The notes: a model not told the origin generated them from the letters alone. DNA of 31,007 bases from Anaerolineales bacterium (GCA_030668545.1 DAOUTT010000001.1:1-31007), one strand, 5' to 3'; positions 17,645 to 28,300 are shown, numbered from the stretch's first letter. Numbers and translations are program-made.

Positions 17645-18052
17645 ATGCAGCCCGCATTCGAAGAGATCGAACATACTGCCGATTGGGCATTGCGCGTTCA
17701 CGGTCAAAATTTAACCGATTTATTCCGCAATGCCGCCCTTGGCATGCTTTCAATGCTAGACATTGAACCTGTACCTGGAAAGACGGAAAAGCGTGTTTTC
17801 GAACTAAAGGCGGAAGACACCGAGACGTTGCTGGTTTCCTGGCTGGAAGAGCTGCTCTACCCGCTCGAGGTTGAGAATGCTGCAGTTGTCGATTTCCAGG
17901 TTGAAGTGCTGGAAAAAGTACTACTAAAGGCAACGATCGAGTTGAAGAAAATCGCATCGATTAAGAAAGAGATTAAGGCCGTCACCTTTAACGAACTTGA
18001 TATTCGTACCGTGGATTCCGGCTATGAGACGATTATCGTCTTTGATGTTTAG
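17645..18052 (+). CDS. Archease (RtcB activator)
   Basis: FEEIEHTADWAL, LVSWLEELLY and EIKAVTF motifs, FDV C-terminus; directly upstream of rtcB. GTG 17642 is an alternative in-frame start. Confidence 0.93.
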   Translation: MQPAFEEIEHTADWALRVHGQNLTDLFRNAALGMLSMLDIEPVPGKTEKRVFELKAEDTETLLVSWLEELLYPLEVENAAVVDFQVEVLEKVLLKATIELKKIASIKKEIKAVTFNELDIRTVDSGYETIIVFDV

Positions 18053-18061
18053 GCTTAGGAG

Positions 18062-19522
18062 ATGGTGATAATGGTAGAGAAAAAAGATCTAATAAAAATC
18101 ACGGATGTCACCTGGGAAATCCCCACCTCTTATCGAGAGGATATGCGCGTTCCAGTGCGGATATTCGCGGATGAAACTTTGATCGATGCCGCATTAGGCG
18201 ACAAATCCTTCGATCAGGCTGTTAACACCACGACACTCCCGGGGCTTGTGAGTCCTGTCGTCGTTATGCCGGACGTTCACCAGGGTTACGGTTTTCCAAT
18301 TGGTGGCGTTGCCGCGAGCAGGTATCCGAATGGCATCATCTCCCCGGGCGCGATCGGTTACGACATCAATTGCGGAGTGAGGCTGCTCGCGAGCGGAATT
18401 TCACTTGAAGATGTACGGGGAGAACTCCCCGATCTCGCTTCAGCGCTCGATGCTAATTGCCCAAGCGGGGTCGGCGTCGGTGGAAGTGTGCGGCTCACAA
18501 CCAAGGAGTTGGATAAAGTATGCCGACAGGGTAGTACCTGGGCGTTGAAAAACAATTACGCCCGCAGGGATGATCTCGAGCGAACAGAAGAGCAAGGTCA
18601 GATTCACGGCGCCGATCCTTCCAGTATTAGCTCTCGCGCTAAACAGCGCGGCAAGGGCCAACTCGGGACACTAGGAGCAGGCAATCACTTCATCGAGATC
18701 GATGTCGTTGAAGAGATCTTCCATGAAGCAGCCGCGGACGCTATGGGGCTGGCGGAGGGGTTGCTAACCGTCCAGATTCACTGCGGCTCGCGAGGGTTTG
18801 GACACCAGATCTGCTCCGATTATGTCCGCGAATTTCAGAGCGCTGTAAAGCGCTATGGGATCAAATTGCCTGACCGCGAACTGGTCTGCGCGCCTCTGAA
18901 TTCTCCGGAGGGTAAACGATACAAGGCGGCGATGGCGTGCGCAGCAAACTACGCCTTTTGCAATCGACAAGTACTGTCGCATCATGTCCGCCGTTCTTTC
19001 GAGCAAGTGCTCGCCGGCAGAGTGCCAGATTGGGACCTTCACCAGGTATACGACATTGCTCATAATATGGGGAAAACCGAAACCCATATCGTCGATGGTG
19101 AAAAAGTGCGTGTTTGTGTGCACCGCAAAGGGGCAACTCGTGCTTTCGGTCCCGGATTCGAGGGGCTGCCAGAAGTCTACAAACCCTTCGGTCAGCCTGT
19201 CCTGGTCCCCGGCAGCATGGGTACTGCATCCTGGGTTCTCCTGGGAACAGAGGAGAGCATGACAAAATCGTTTGGGTCGTCATGCCATGGCGCTGGACGA
19301 GTGATGAGCCGCAGGCAAGCGAAGCGGGAAGTTAGGGGCCAAGACCTGCGACAAGAACTTGAGGCACAGGGCATCATCATCCACGCGGGCTCCATGCCCG
19401 GTTTGGCAGAAGAAGCGCCAAAAGCATATAAGGACGTGGATGCTGTAGTCGATGTTGTCGTTCGGGCAGGTATCGCCGCCAAGGTCGCTCGCCTTCGACC
19501 CGTCGTGGTGATCAAAGGGTGA
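18062..19522 (+). CDS. rtcB: RNA-splicing/repair ligase RtcB (long archaeal/eukaryote-like type)
   Basis: [58 protein letters not shown] and EEAP.AYK motifs. ATG 18071 fits the AGGAG SD better. Confidence 0.97.
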   Translation: MVIMVEKKDLIKITDVTWEIPTSYREDMRVPVRIFADETLIDAALGDKSFDQAVNTTTLPGLVSPVVVMPDVHQGYGFPIGGVAASRYPNGIISPGAIGYDINCGVRLLASGISLEDVRGELPDLASALDANCPSGVGVGGSVRLTTKELDKVCRQGSTWALKNNYARRDDLERTEEQGQIHGADPSSISSRAKQRGKGQLGTLGAGNHFIEIDVVEEIFHEAAADAMGLAEGLLTVQIHCGSRGFGHQICSDYVREFQSAVKRYGIKLPDRELVCAPLNSPEGKRYKAAMACAANYAFCNRQVLSHHVRRSFEQVLAGRVPDWDLHQVYDIAHNMGKTETHIVDGEKVRVCVHRKGATRAFGPGFEGLPEVYKPFGQPVLVPGSMGTASWVLLGTEESMTKSFGSSCHGAGRVMSRRQAKREVRGQDLRQELEAQGIIIHAGSMPGLAEEAPKAYKDVDAVVDVVVRAGIAAKVARLRPVVVIKG

Positions 19523-19550
19523 GAATATAATTAACCTCTTCGTGAAAAAC

Positions 19551-19590
19551 AAAATGGGCTGTCCAAAACAAGTACGGGACAGCCCATTTT
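19551..19590. terminator. Bidirectional terminator between rtcB and tyrS
   Basis: Perfect 14-bp stem, AAAATGGGCTGTCC (19551-19564) / GGACAGCCCATTTT (19577-19590), between convergent stops. Confidence 0.85.
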
Positions 19591-19605
19591 CGTAACCCAC
19601 TCTGG

Positions 19606-20838
19606 TTATTCTGGCATAAGTCTCAGGAAACGGCGTTTCCCAACCTTCAGGATTACAGGCTGTTTTACATCGAGAGCCATGTTCGCATCCTCGAGCACTT
19701 CTCCATCCAGTCGGACACCACTTTGCTTGATCAAACGTCTGGCTTCGCTTTTGCTGCTCACTAATCCAGAATCCACCATCACATCGACAATGGTTCCTGC
19801 AGACAAGACGCTGTACTCCGGCATCTCCTTGGGATCCTCGTGCTCCTGGAAAACTCGGCGAAAAGCCGCTTCGGCAGGCTCAACTTCTTCTTCGCCCTGG
19901 TAGATCGCTACGATCTCGCGTGCCAGGCGCATTTTCACATCGCGTGGATGCAGCTTACTTTCGTCCAATCCCCGCTCGATCTCGGCGATTTCATCCGGAT
20001 TCAAGCGCGTCACCAAACGGAAATAATCCATCATCGCCGAATCTGGAAGCGACATCACTTTTCCATACATCTCCTCGGGGGTTTCATCGATTCCGATGTA
20101 ATTCCCCGTGCTCTTCGCCATTCGCATATGCCCATCTGTCCCTACGAGTACAGGCGTGGTTAATGCGACTTGAGGGTGCAATCCCATGGCCTCCTGCAGT
20201 TTTCGGCCAGCAAGCAAATTGAAGAGCTGCTCGGTTCCACCAAGTTGAACATCTGCCTTCAGCATTGTTGCGTCATATCCCTGAAGCACGCCGTAGAAAA
20301 ACTCGTGCAGCCAGATCGGGTCACCCTTTTCAAAACGTTTAGAGAAATTATCACGCACCAGGAATTGCTGAACCGTGAAAAGACTCGCCATCTCGATGAT
20401 CTGCTCCATGGAAAGTTCTGAAAGCCATTCATGGTTGTACCGGACTTCAGTTTTCTCAGAATCAAGGATTTTAAAAGCCTGATCCGTATAGGTCTTCGCG
20501 TTTTCCATGACTTGATCATGGCTCAGACGCGGGCGCGCTTTGTCTTTGTCCGAAGGATCGCCTACCAGTGCAGTAAAGGTTCCTATGACAAATATTGCTT
20601 GATGACCGAGATCTTGAAATTGCTTGAGCTTCCTCATGGTCACGGTATGACCGAGGTGAAGATCCGGCGACGTTGGGTCGTATCCGCAATAGACGCGAAT
20701 CGGCTCCCCATTCTCTGCAGAATGGATCAGCTTCTCTTTGAGCTCTGCTTGCATCGCCTCTTTTAACTTCTCGTCCCCCATTTCGACACCTTGCATCAAG
20801 ATGGCGATTTGTTCTTCGATCGGTTTGCTCTGAGACAT
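19606..20838 (-). CDS. tyrS: Tyrosine--tRNA ligase with C-terminal S4 domain
   Basis: YCGYDPTSPDLHLGH, QGYD...ADVQLGGTEQLFNL, KMSKS-equivalent RMAKS, and S4 domain (SKSEARRLIKQSGV..DG...LKVGKRRF). Confidence 0.97.
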   Translation of the reverse strand: MSQSKPIEEQIAILMQGVEMGDEKLKEAMQAELKEKLIHSAENGEPIRVYCGYDPTSPDLHLGHTVTMRKLKQFQDLGHQAIFVIGTFTALVGDPSDKDKARPRLSHDQVMENAKTYTDQAFKILDSEKTEVRYNHEWLSELSMEQIIEMASLFTVQQFLVRDNFSKRFEKGDPIWLHEFFYGVLQGYDATMLKADVQLGGTEQLFNLLAGRKLQEAMGLHPQVALTTPVLVGTDGHMRMAKSTGNYIGIDETPEEMYGKVMSLPDSAMMDYFRLVTRLNPDEIAEIERGLDESKLHPRDVKMRLAREIVAIYQGEEEVEPAEAAFRRVFQEHEDPKEMPEYSVLSAGTIVDVMVDSGLVSSKSEARRLIKQSGVRLDGEVLEDANMALDVKQPVILKVGKRRFLRLMPE

Positions 20839-21077
20839 TCAGTCTGCTCCTATTAATCTATAGGGTTCTAGGTAATAATAGATCAAGCGCGGGCCGCATG
20901 CGCCCACGCTTGGTTAGCTAGCTTGTACTCCTCATAATTGAGGATCTCAGCCCGGGAACATACAGCCGAACGTGCATAGGGGGCGGTCAACGCCCCAGTG
21001 ATAGATGTAGCTGCATCGTCCCTTTAATCCATTCTTTCGCATGACGATGCAATCATAACATATGCCGGAGCCAGCAT

Positions 21078-21641
21078 TCACTGTGACTGTTCGGATCCCT
21101 TCCGCCGGCAAACCCACACATCGCCTTCGAGCTCAGGCTCAAGGAGATCCACTTGCCCGGTGATCATCGCCGCCAGCTGATCCCCGCTTTCGATCCCCGT
21201 CTTTTCCTCTCGTCCAAATGGTCCTCTGATGCTCGTCGGTGTTTGAAAAGTGAAGACGCTCTGGTCGCCAACGACCATCACATACCAACCCGCTCCTCTC
21301 CTTGTTAACCGAAGAGAGTCGATCTCCCCCCACATCATCTCCAACCTGCGCAAAGGCGTCTGATAGACAAGACCACTTTCTGATACGGTAATTTTCGTAT
21401 TCCGTTCCATCGAATTGGAGAAGGAGCTAGCCAATGCGGCAAGCAGAAAGAGGGTGGTAAAGATGAGGGCAACCAAAGAGATCGTACCTAAGCGTGCCAA
21501 TAGCACAGCGTCCAGAATCCCCAAGGAAAGCACCAAGAGCCAGACGATCCGTTCCCCGGATCGATTGAGCGTAATCAAACGGTAGGATTTCTTTGTGTTG
21601 AAATCGGAAAATGCCTTCAAGAAGTCTGGACGTTCTTTCAC
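21078..21641 (-). CDS. Hypothetical membrane protein (two TM helices followed by a small beta-rich, possibly PH-like, domain)
   Basis: 187-aa ORF co-oriented with its neighbours, with two hydrophobic segments followed by I.V.E.GL.Y.TPLR...M.W.EI. Confidence 0.65.
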   Translation of the reverse strand: MKERPDFLKAFSDFNTKKSYRLITLNRSGERIVWLLVLSLGILDAVLLARLGTISLVALIFTTLFLLAALASSFSNSMERNTKITVSESGLVYQTPLRRLEMMWGEIDSLRLTRRGAGWYVMVVGDQSVFTFQTPTSIRGPFGREEKTGIESGDQLAAMITGQVDLLEPELEGDVWVCRRKGSEQSQ

Positions 21642-21727
21642 CTCAAGCTCCTCGCTTACAGATCCTCATTTGCCATCCAGAAAAACCCCGATCTTTTTCT
21701 CACTCCTTGAGTTGAATGAGGGTCCGT

Positions 21728-22627
21728 TCACAAGGGTCTCTCGCGAATCACCCGCTTGGAAATGCGTTCACCCGCAAGGCCAACAAGCAATACTCCAGCC
21801 AGTGTAACCAACATCCCAGCCCACGCTCGCCGGGGTATCGTCTCCCCGATCAACCAGGGAGAGATGAGCGCGGTCCCAATGGGCATCAAGTTTAGGGTGA
21901 TGCTCATTTCAAAGGCTTTCAGCTTCTGGCGGGCGTGATTCCAGATTAAAAACGCAAGCATGGAGCTGGGCACAATTAGCCAGAGCATTATTCCCCAAGT
22001 CGACCTTGGTGGAAATGCTTGCACAGGTGAAATGAAGAGTATGGCAAATCCGCCAATACCCATCGGCAAGGCGGCAAGGGTTAGAGAGTCAACCTTCTTT
22101 TCCCGAGCAATCGAACGGCCTATCAAGCCGTTGATCGTGTACGCGAGAACGCCTATGAGCGTTAGCGCGATCGAGTAGAAATCATCGAGATCAACACTCA
22201 TTCCAAAAAATACCAACCCTCCTGCGAGGGCAATGACAAGCCCCAGCCATTGAAGTGAGGCAGGTCTTTCTTTAAGGAAGGCTGCTCCTAGAAGAACCGT
22301 GAGTATGGGAATACCATTGAGCAAGAATGCAGATGTAGTCGCGTCTAATTTCTCCAATCCCTTGAACATCGCTAGGCTCCCAATGGCAAAACCAGCGAAT
22401 CCCATAATACACAGGCGGAGCCAATCTTGTGTATTTAGAACTCGCAGATTCCCTCGAGAAAAGAAAAACAGCAGTGGCAGGAAGAGAAGAAAAGCACTGA
22501 TATATCTGAGGCTGGCAATATCAAATGGTGAGAGATCCTCAAGGAGGATTTTTATTAAAGGGGGAGATATCGACCAGATGAGAACTACAGTTAACGCTTC
22601 CACATAAGGAAATGACCGTCTAAGCAC
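21728..22627 (-). CDS. EamA/DMT family transporter
   Basis: About 10 hydrophobic helices with a duplicated EamA pattern (LIWS....IK, LRY, GL....ATTSAFL....P). Probable GTG start at 22627 overlaps the ltaE stop; the ORF track start is 22651. Confidence 0.92.
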   Translation of the reverse strand: MLRRSFPYVEALTVVLIWSISPPLIKILLEDLSPFDIASLRYISAFLLFLPLLFFFSRGNLRVLNTQDWLRLCIMGFAGFAIGSLAMFKGLEKLDATTSAFLLNGIPILTVLLGAAFLKERPASLQWLGLVIALAGGLVFFGMSVDLDDFYSIALTLIGVLAYTINGLIGRSIAREKKVDSLTLAALPMGIGGFAILFISPVQAFPPRSTWGIMLWLIVPSSMLAFLIWNHARQKLKAFEMSITLNLMPIGTALISPWLIGETIPRRAWAGMLVTLAGVLLVGLAGERISKRVIRERPL

Positions 22628-23672
22628 GAAGGAACAGCTCCTTAAAAGCATCCGTTACTTTAGCCAACGCCTCATCGTCAACCCAATAATGTATAACCAG
22701 CCGCATCTGGCCAGCCGGCGTTGCGTTGATTCTTATGCCCCTATCGGCAAACCGACGCACTAAATCCTCTCCCGAAATTGGCGCTCCATCATCGAGTTTC
22801 AGGAAAATCATATTTGTCGCCGGTGTTTCATAATCCAAGGATATTCCTGGGAGCTCAACAAGAGTTTCTGCAAGCAGGCGGGCTTTGTTGTGATCTTCCC
22901 TCAGCCGGTCCACCATACTCTCAAGAGCCACGACCCCCGCCGCTGCGAGCACGCCCGCTTGCCGCATTCCCCCACCCAACATTTTCCGCGCACGGTGAGT
23001 TTTTTGAATAAAGGCTTTTTCTCCGCAGATGACCGATCCCGCCGGAGCGCACAAACCCTTCGAGAGACAGAACGTCACCGAATCGGCGGATGCGACCAGC
23101 TCGGCAGGGGATACATCCAGGGCAATCGCAGCGTTAAATATCCGCGCCCCATCGATATGCATGCCCAGCCCATGTTCTTTGGTAATGCGCCCCACTTCCT
23201 GTGTGTAATCTACGCTCAACACCGACCCCCCACAGCGATTGTGAGTATTTTCAAGGCAGACGAGTCGGCTAATTGGAAAATGATCGTTATCCACACGAAT
23301 GGCCGCTTCAATCTCATCGTATGGAACCATGCCATTATCCCTATTCCTGACAACGAAGGTATGGATACCACCCAGCGCTGATACGCCTCCCGCCTCATAT
23401 AGATATGTATGCGAACGATCCCCAATGATGATTTCATCGCCGCGGGCGCAGTGAGCCAGAATGGCCGCCAGGTTCCCCATCGTGCCAGACGGCACGAAGA
23501 GTGCCGCTTCCTTGCCTAGCATCTGCGCGGAAAGCTCCTGTAAATGGTTTACAGTCGGATCCTCGCCGTAAACATCGTCCCCCAGCTCGGCGTTCGCCAT
23601 TGCCTCCCGCATCTCAGGGGTTGGTTCTGTTACTGTATCAGACCGTAGATCGATCCATTCCATTGCCATCAT
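22620..23672 (-). CDS. ltaE: Low-specificity L-threonine aldolase (PLP)
   Basis: [55 protein letters not shown] (PLP lysine) and GGGMRQAG motifs. Confidence 0.96.
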   Translation of the reverse strand: MMAMEWIDLRSDTVTEPTPEMREAMANAELGDDVYGEDPTVNHLQELSAQMLGKEAALFVPSGTMGNLAAILAHCARGDEIIIGDRSHTYLYEAGGVSALGGIHTFVVRNRDNGMVPYDEIEAAIRVDNDHFPISRLVCLENTHNRCGGSVLSVDYTQEVGRITKEHGLGMHIDGARIFNAAIALDVSPAELVASADSVTFCLSKGLCAPAGSVICGEKAFIQKTHRARKMLGGGMRQAGVLAAAGVVALESMVDRLREDHNKARLLAETLVELPGISLDYETPATNMIFLKLDDGAPISGEDLVRRFADRGIRINATPAGQMRLVIHYWVDDEALAKVTDAFKELFLRA

Positions 23673-23761
23673 CCTTTTCAGTTGCCCGTCAGCCTGAGCC
23701 CTCTATTCCAGTGAATTCGTCAAGCTTGAAGCTCCATGTTCGATAGAACCCATGGATGTAC

Positions 23762-24682
23762 TTACTGCTGACGCAAGTTCTTAAGGATGGACTCGAAATC
23801 CTCTGGAAGCGGTGAATTGAATTTCGTTCGCTGATCATTTCCAAGAAGACGAATAGTTAATTGACCCGCGTGCAGCAGTTGCCGTTCCGCAGGCAGCGTG
23901 GGTTTGCTGCGGCCATAAACCCGATCCCCCACGATTGGACAATCAATAAACGACAGGTGAACACGGATCTGGTGGGTTCGACCAGTTTCAGGTCGGACTT
24001 CCAGGAATGAATGCTCAAGGAACCGCTCATGAGTGTGATACGTTGTTACCGCCTCCCGTCCCCGGCTTTGTGACACAACCGCCATTTTTTGACGGTGCTT
24101 GGCGTCGCGGCCAATTGGCGCGTCTATCTTCCCCGATGGGGTCGGTGGGTTTGAATCCGTAAGTGCATAATAGACTTTCTTCACTTGTCGTTCCTGAAAT
24201 TGTCCCTGAAGAAATTGGTGAGCTTCATCGTGTTTAGCGAAGATGATGAGACCGGAAGTGTCCTTATCAAGCCGATGAACCACACCGGGGCGCCCTTCAT
24301 CACCGATGCCGCGAATATCTGGAGCATGGGCCAGGACTGCTTGAACCAACGTTCCTGTTTCGTGGCCCACGGAAGGATGGACGACAATACCCGGCTCCTT
24401 GTTAATGACCAGGAGATCTTGATCTTCATAAACAACGTCTATCGGGATCGCTTCAGGCTGTAAATCTGTGCGGGTTGGCTCAGGTATCGAGATTTGAAGA
24501 TCCTCGCCACCGTCAAGACGGTAGCCTGTTTTCTTGACAACTAAGCGATTAACACTGACCGAGCCGCTGCGAATGAGCTTCTGCACTTGAGAGCGGGAGA
24601 GATCTGCCAGGTAAGTCGCGATTACGACGTCAAGCCTACCACCTGGCTCCGGTGCGAGGAAGCGAACAGTCTGTGCACCCAC
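23762..24682 (-). CDS. rluD: RluA/RluD family pseudouridine synthase with S4 domain
   Basis: RLD...A......SRS..QKLI..G.V.VN S4 domain, VHRLDKDTSG (catalytic Asp), TGRTHQIRVH and P.VGD..YG motifs. Confidence 0.93.
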   Translation of the reverse strand: MGAQTVRFLAPEPGGRLDVVIATYLADLSRSQVQKLIRSGSVSVNRLVVKKTGYRLDGGEDLQISIPEPTRTDLQPEAIPIDVVYEDQDLLVINKEPGIVVHPSVGHETGTLVQAVLAHAPDIRGIGDEGRPGVVHRLDKDTSGLIIFAKHDEAHQFLQGQFQERQVKKVYYALTDSNPPTPSGKIDAPIGRDAKHRQKMAVVSQSRGREAVTTYHTHERFLEHSFLEVRPETGRTHQIRVHLSFIDCPIVGDRVYGRSKPTLPAERQLLHAGQLTIRLLGNDQRTKFNSPLPEDFESILKNLRQQ

Positions 24683-24687
24683 TAATT

Positions 24688-25230
24688 TTATTCCGAATGA
24701 CCTTCGAGGTTCCGACCTACATTCTCTTCGACGGAATCAGCCTCGTCTCGTTCCTTAGCTCGTCGTTCGTCAACCCACATGGAAACTACAAGAAGCGCTG
24801 CGCCAATGGATATAGAGGCGTCAGCTACATTGAAGACCGCAAAACCGCCTACAGAAACGAAGTCTGTTACCGTACCTTGATACAACCGGCTAAGCAGGTT
24901 GCCCGTTGCCCCCCCCAACATGAGCCCCAATGCAATCCGTGTTGCCAGTTGCTCGCGAGGGATCTGGGGGAAGTAGTAGAGGATGGCGCCAATTACAATA
25001 ATCGCAATCACGGTGAAAATCGCACCGCCAGAGGGGAAGATCCCAAAAGCCGCTCCTGTATTGTTCCAATGGACGATGCGTGCAAATGGTCGAAGCCAGT
25101 CAAATGGAACCCAGGATTCACCGACCGCCAGATTTGTTCTTACCAGGTATTTTGTCCACTGATCCAATGCGACGACAACGCCGGCGACACCGATCAGGAA
25201 TCCATAATCACGCAGCAATGATCGTTTCAC
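24688..25230 (-). CDS. lspA: Lipoprotein signal peptidase II
   Basis: DQWTK, N.GAAFG, GA.GNL..R..G.VTDF and FNVAD motifs; downstream of ileS. Confidence 0.94.
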   Translation of the reverse strand: MKRSLLRDYGFLIGVAGVVVALDQWTKYLVRTNLAVGESWVPFDWLRPFARIVHWNNTGAAFGIFPSGGAIFTVIAIIVIGAILYYFPQIPREQLATRIALGLMLGGATGNLLSRLYQGTVTDFVSVGGFAVFNVADASISIGAALLVVSMWVDERRAKERDEADSVEENVGRNLEGHSE

Positions 25231-25299
25231 TTAAGGTTGCAACCTCCTTCATCAGATAGCCTTGATTGTACCGTAACGCCCCATCAATTGGGATTCTTG

Positions 25300-25337
25300 A
25301 AGCGGGTTTCCCTGTGCACCCTCCGGGAAACCCGCTT
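25300..25337. terminator. Strong hairpin after ileS (terminator or mRNA-stabilising stem)
   Basis: 13-bp perfect stem, AAGCGGGTTTCCC (25300-25312) / GGGAAACCCGCTT (25325-25337). The U-tract is weak on the coding (-) strand. Confidence 0.55.
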
Positions 25338-25376
25338 TCTTTCCTACGCCTACGAGGAATGCTCTCTTGGTGGCTC

Positions 25377-28300
25377 CTAACCTTCGACTTTCCGTAGGGC
25401 AACCTGCAATGATTCTCCATCGAAGTGATGCTCGGTCGTGATCCCCCCCTGCGGGTCTGCACTCGGCTGCATACTATCAGCGATGACTTCCCCTTGAATA
25501 TATCCGCGGTGCGCATCGATGGCCTCAGCGAGTTTGTCACTCGCCGCATATTGCACTTCGATGGCATCATCCACCTGAAGATCCGCTTGCCTGCGCAAGT
25601 CCTGCACGCGGCGTACGAACTCCCGTGCCAACCCTTCAAGGACCAATTCTTCTGTCAACTCCGTAACCAACGCCGCTACATAGGGTCCTTCCGCAACAGC
25701 GGAAAAACCCTCGTGGGCTTCGATGCGAATCTCCACTTCGTCTGTCGTCAACTGGATGACTTGACCCTCGATTGTCACCTCGACTGGTTCCCCCGCCAGC
25801 AGAGCAGATGCACTTTTAGGTTGATCTAGCTTTCCAACAGCGTCACGAATCGCGGGGAAGAGCGAGCCGTATTTCTGCCCTAGCTGCTTTGGTAATGCCT
25901 TGAGTTGGTACTCGACCGCTTCTGCAGCGGCATCGAGCAAGCGTACTTTTTTGACATTTAATTCATCATGGATTAGCGCATCGTAACGATCGACAATCGC
26001 TCGTTCCTCTGAACCTGCGACAGCGAAAGCCACTTCGGACAGGGGTTGCCGTAGTTTCCTGTTTGCTTTATTCCGCGCTGCATGTCCCATGGAGACGAGC
26101 ATTTGGACGAATTTCATCTCCCTCAACAAATCCTCTTCCACCTCAGCCGTATCCACTTCCGGCCAGGCGCGGTGGTGGATACTCTCAAGCGCTTCATCAT
26201 CGATGCTCCGTACGAGGTTTTGGTAGATCGTTTCCACAACAAATGGCGTGAAGGGAGCTAGAACATGGATCAAGGTCAGCAACGCTCGATAGAGCGCCGT
26301 ATATGCTGCATGTTTATCCGCATCCGAGGCTTTATCTACACCGGTTTTCGCCCAGAAGCGGCGCCTGCTCCGACGGAGATACCAGTTGCTCAAGTCATCC
26401 AGGAAATTCCCGATCACTTTGGTAGCACGGTCTGGCTCGAAAGCTTCAAGAGCATGTGTGACCTGATCGATTGTCTGCAGCGAGCGTGAGATAATCCATC
26501 GATCCATAACACTGAACTGAACATCAGCGCTGTCGGTAGGAGTCCACCCATCGAGATTGGCATAGGTGACGAAGAAGGCATACACATTCCAAAGTGGTAT
26601 CAGGAACTGCCGCCGTGCTTCAGTCGCGGACTCATATCCAAAAAGCAGGTCCTTCTCAGGCTTGTGGCTGCAATAGACCCAGCGCATGACGTCTACGCCC
26701 ATGGCGTCGGCGGCTTGGTTAAACTCGATCATATTGCCCCAGGATTTGTGCATCGCTTGCCCATCTTCAGCCAGCAGTGTCGCGTAGGTAAACACGTGTT
26801 TGAAAGGCGATTTCCGCTCGAGAATCGTGCTTAAAGCCAGCAAACTATAGAACCAGTTTCGGAACTGTCCCGGGAACGATTCGCTAATTAGATCGGCAGG
26901 ATACCACTCCGACCAATACTCCTTATCGGTGTTGTAGCGTAGCGTGCTCATCGCTACGACCCCCGCATCCAACCAGGGGTTTCCAACATCTGGGATTCGA
27001 TTGACAACCGCGCCACATTCACTGCATTCAATCTTCACAGCATCGATATAGGGCCGGTGCGGTGTGTGTCCCTCAAAAACGCCCCAGCCTTCAACCGCTC
27101 TCGCTTCAAGTTCCTCTCGACTTCCGATTACCTCGAAATGCTTACAAGATTCGCACTCCCAGATTGGGAGGGCAAGCCCGTAATACCGCTTCTTCGAGAT
27201 CATCCAGTTGTGCATATTCCGCAGCCAATCGAGCTCACGCTCCAACCCGAAGGAGGGGTGCCATGCTGTGTCTTCCTTGACGACCTCCATAATTTGATAA
27301 CGTAGGTTGTCCAACTTCTCCTCTTCTGTGACCTGCTCATAAGGCTTGTCTAGTTGATCGCCCATATTGATGAACCATTCATCCACAAGGTGGAATACAA
27401 GCTCTTCCCCACAACGCCAACAGACCGGGTAGCGGTGGGTATAATCCTCGATCTTGTAGGTCAAGCCCTTTTCTGTCAGATTTTGGAATATTGGTTGAGC
27501 AACCTTCTGGACATTCATCTCCGAAAGCCAGTCAAAACCATCGAGGAATAGACCGTCACCGTTTAGCGGTGCAATCACCGGCAGGCCATGTTCCTTGCTC
27601 AATTGGAAGTCCTCTGCGCCACAACCTGGGGCGATGTGGACGATTCCAGTTCCCTCGTCTTCGCCCACCTCATCCCAAAGGATCACCCGGTGTGCTTCAG
27701 GAGCACCGTGTTCTTTTTGAACGGGCAGTTCATCAAACGGACCATCATACATCCAGCCTTCCATTTCTTGGCCTTTAAGCTCCGCTTCAATTTCGTAGTC
27801 GCCCTTCAAAACATGCAGTGTCCCTCTACTCAGATAGAAAACATCATCGCCCTGCCGAACCCTGACATAATCCAAATCGGAACCGACGGCGGCAGCGACA
27901 TTGCTCGTGAGCGTCCATGGCGTAGTCGTCCAAACGAGCAAGCTCTCACGCTCTCGACCACGAAGTGGAAAACGTAACGTGATACTCGGGTGGGCAATCT
28001 CCTTATATCCCTCGGTCACAATCTCATGCTGGCTCAAACCCGTACCGCAACGCACGCACCACGGCATAACGTCACGGCCTTTAAAAATCCATCCCCGGTC
28101 GTAACAGGATTTGAGCGTGGCCCAAATGGTGTAATTATTGTCATCTGAAAAAGTGAAATAGGATCCGCCTAATTCCGGCATACCCAAACGGCCAACGATG
28201 GATTCAACGCTGCCCGTTACCGGTCCATGCGGTCCTTCCACTGTGATTTGCTCGGACGGATCCTCCGCCATCTTATCCCGCAGAGTGCGCAGCATGTCGG

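Noticed and set aside
20884-21060. tyrS T-box or 6S RNA assignment for the tyrS upstream region
   Set aside because: There is no GGTGNRA or UGGNACC motif, the TAC at 20927-20925 is not in a recognisable specifier loop, and there is no end-to-end rod pairing as in 6S. Kept only as an unassigned structured region.
24652-25221. 189-aa + strand ORF, and other antisense or alternate-frame ORFs inside recG, pyrG, ffh, rtcB, tyrS, ltaE and ileS
   Set aside because: They lie within well-supported genes and show no motifs, as expected for shadow ORFs at this GC content.
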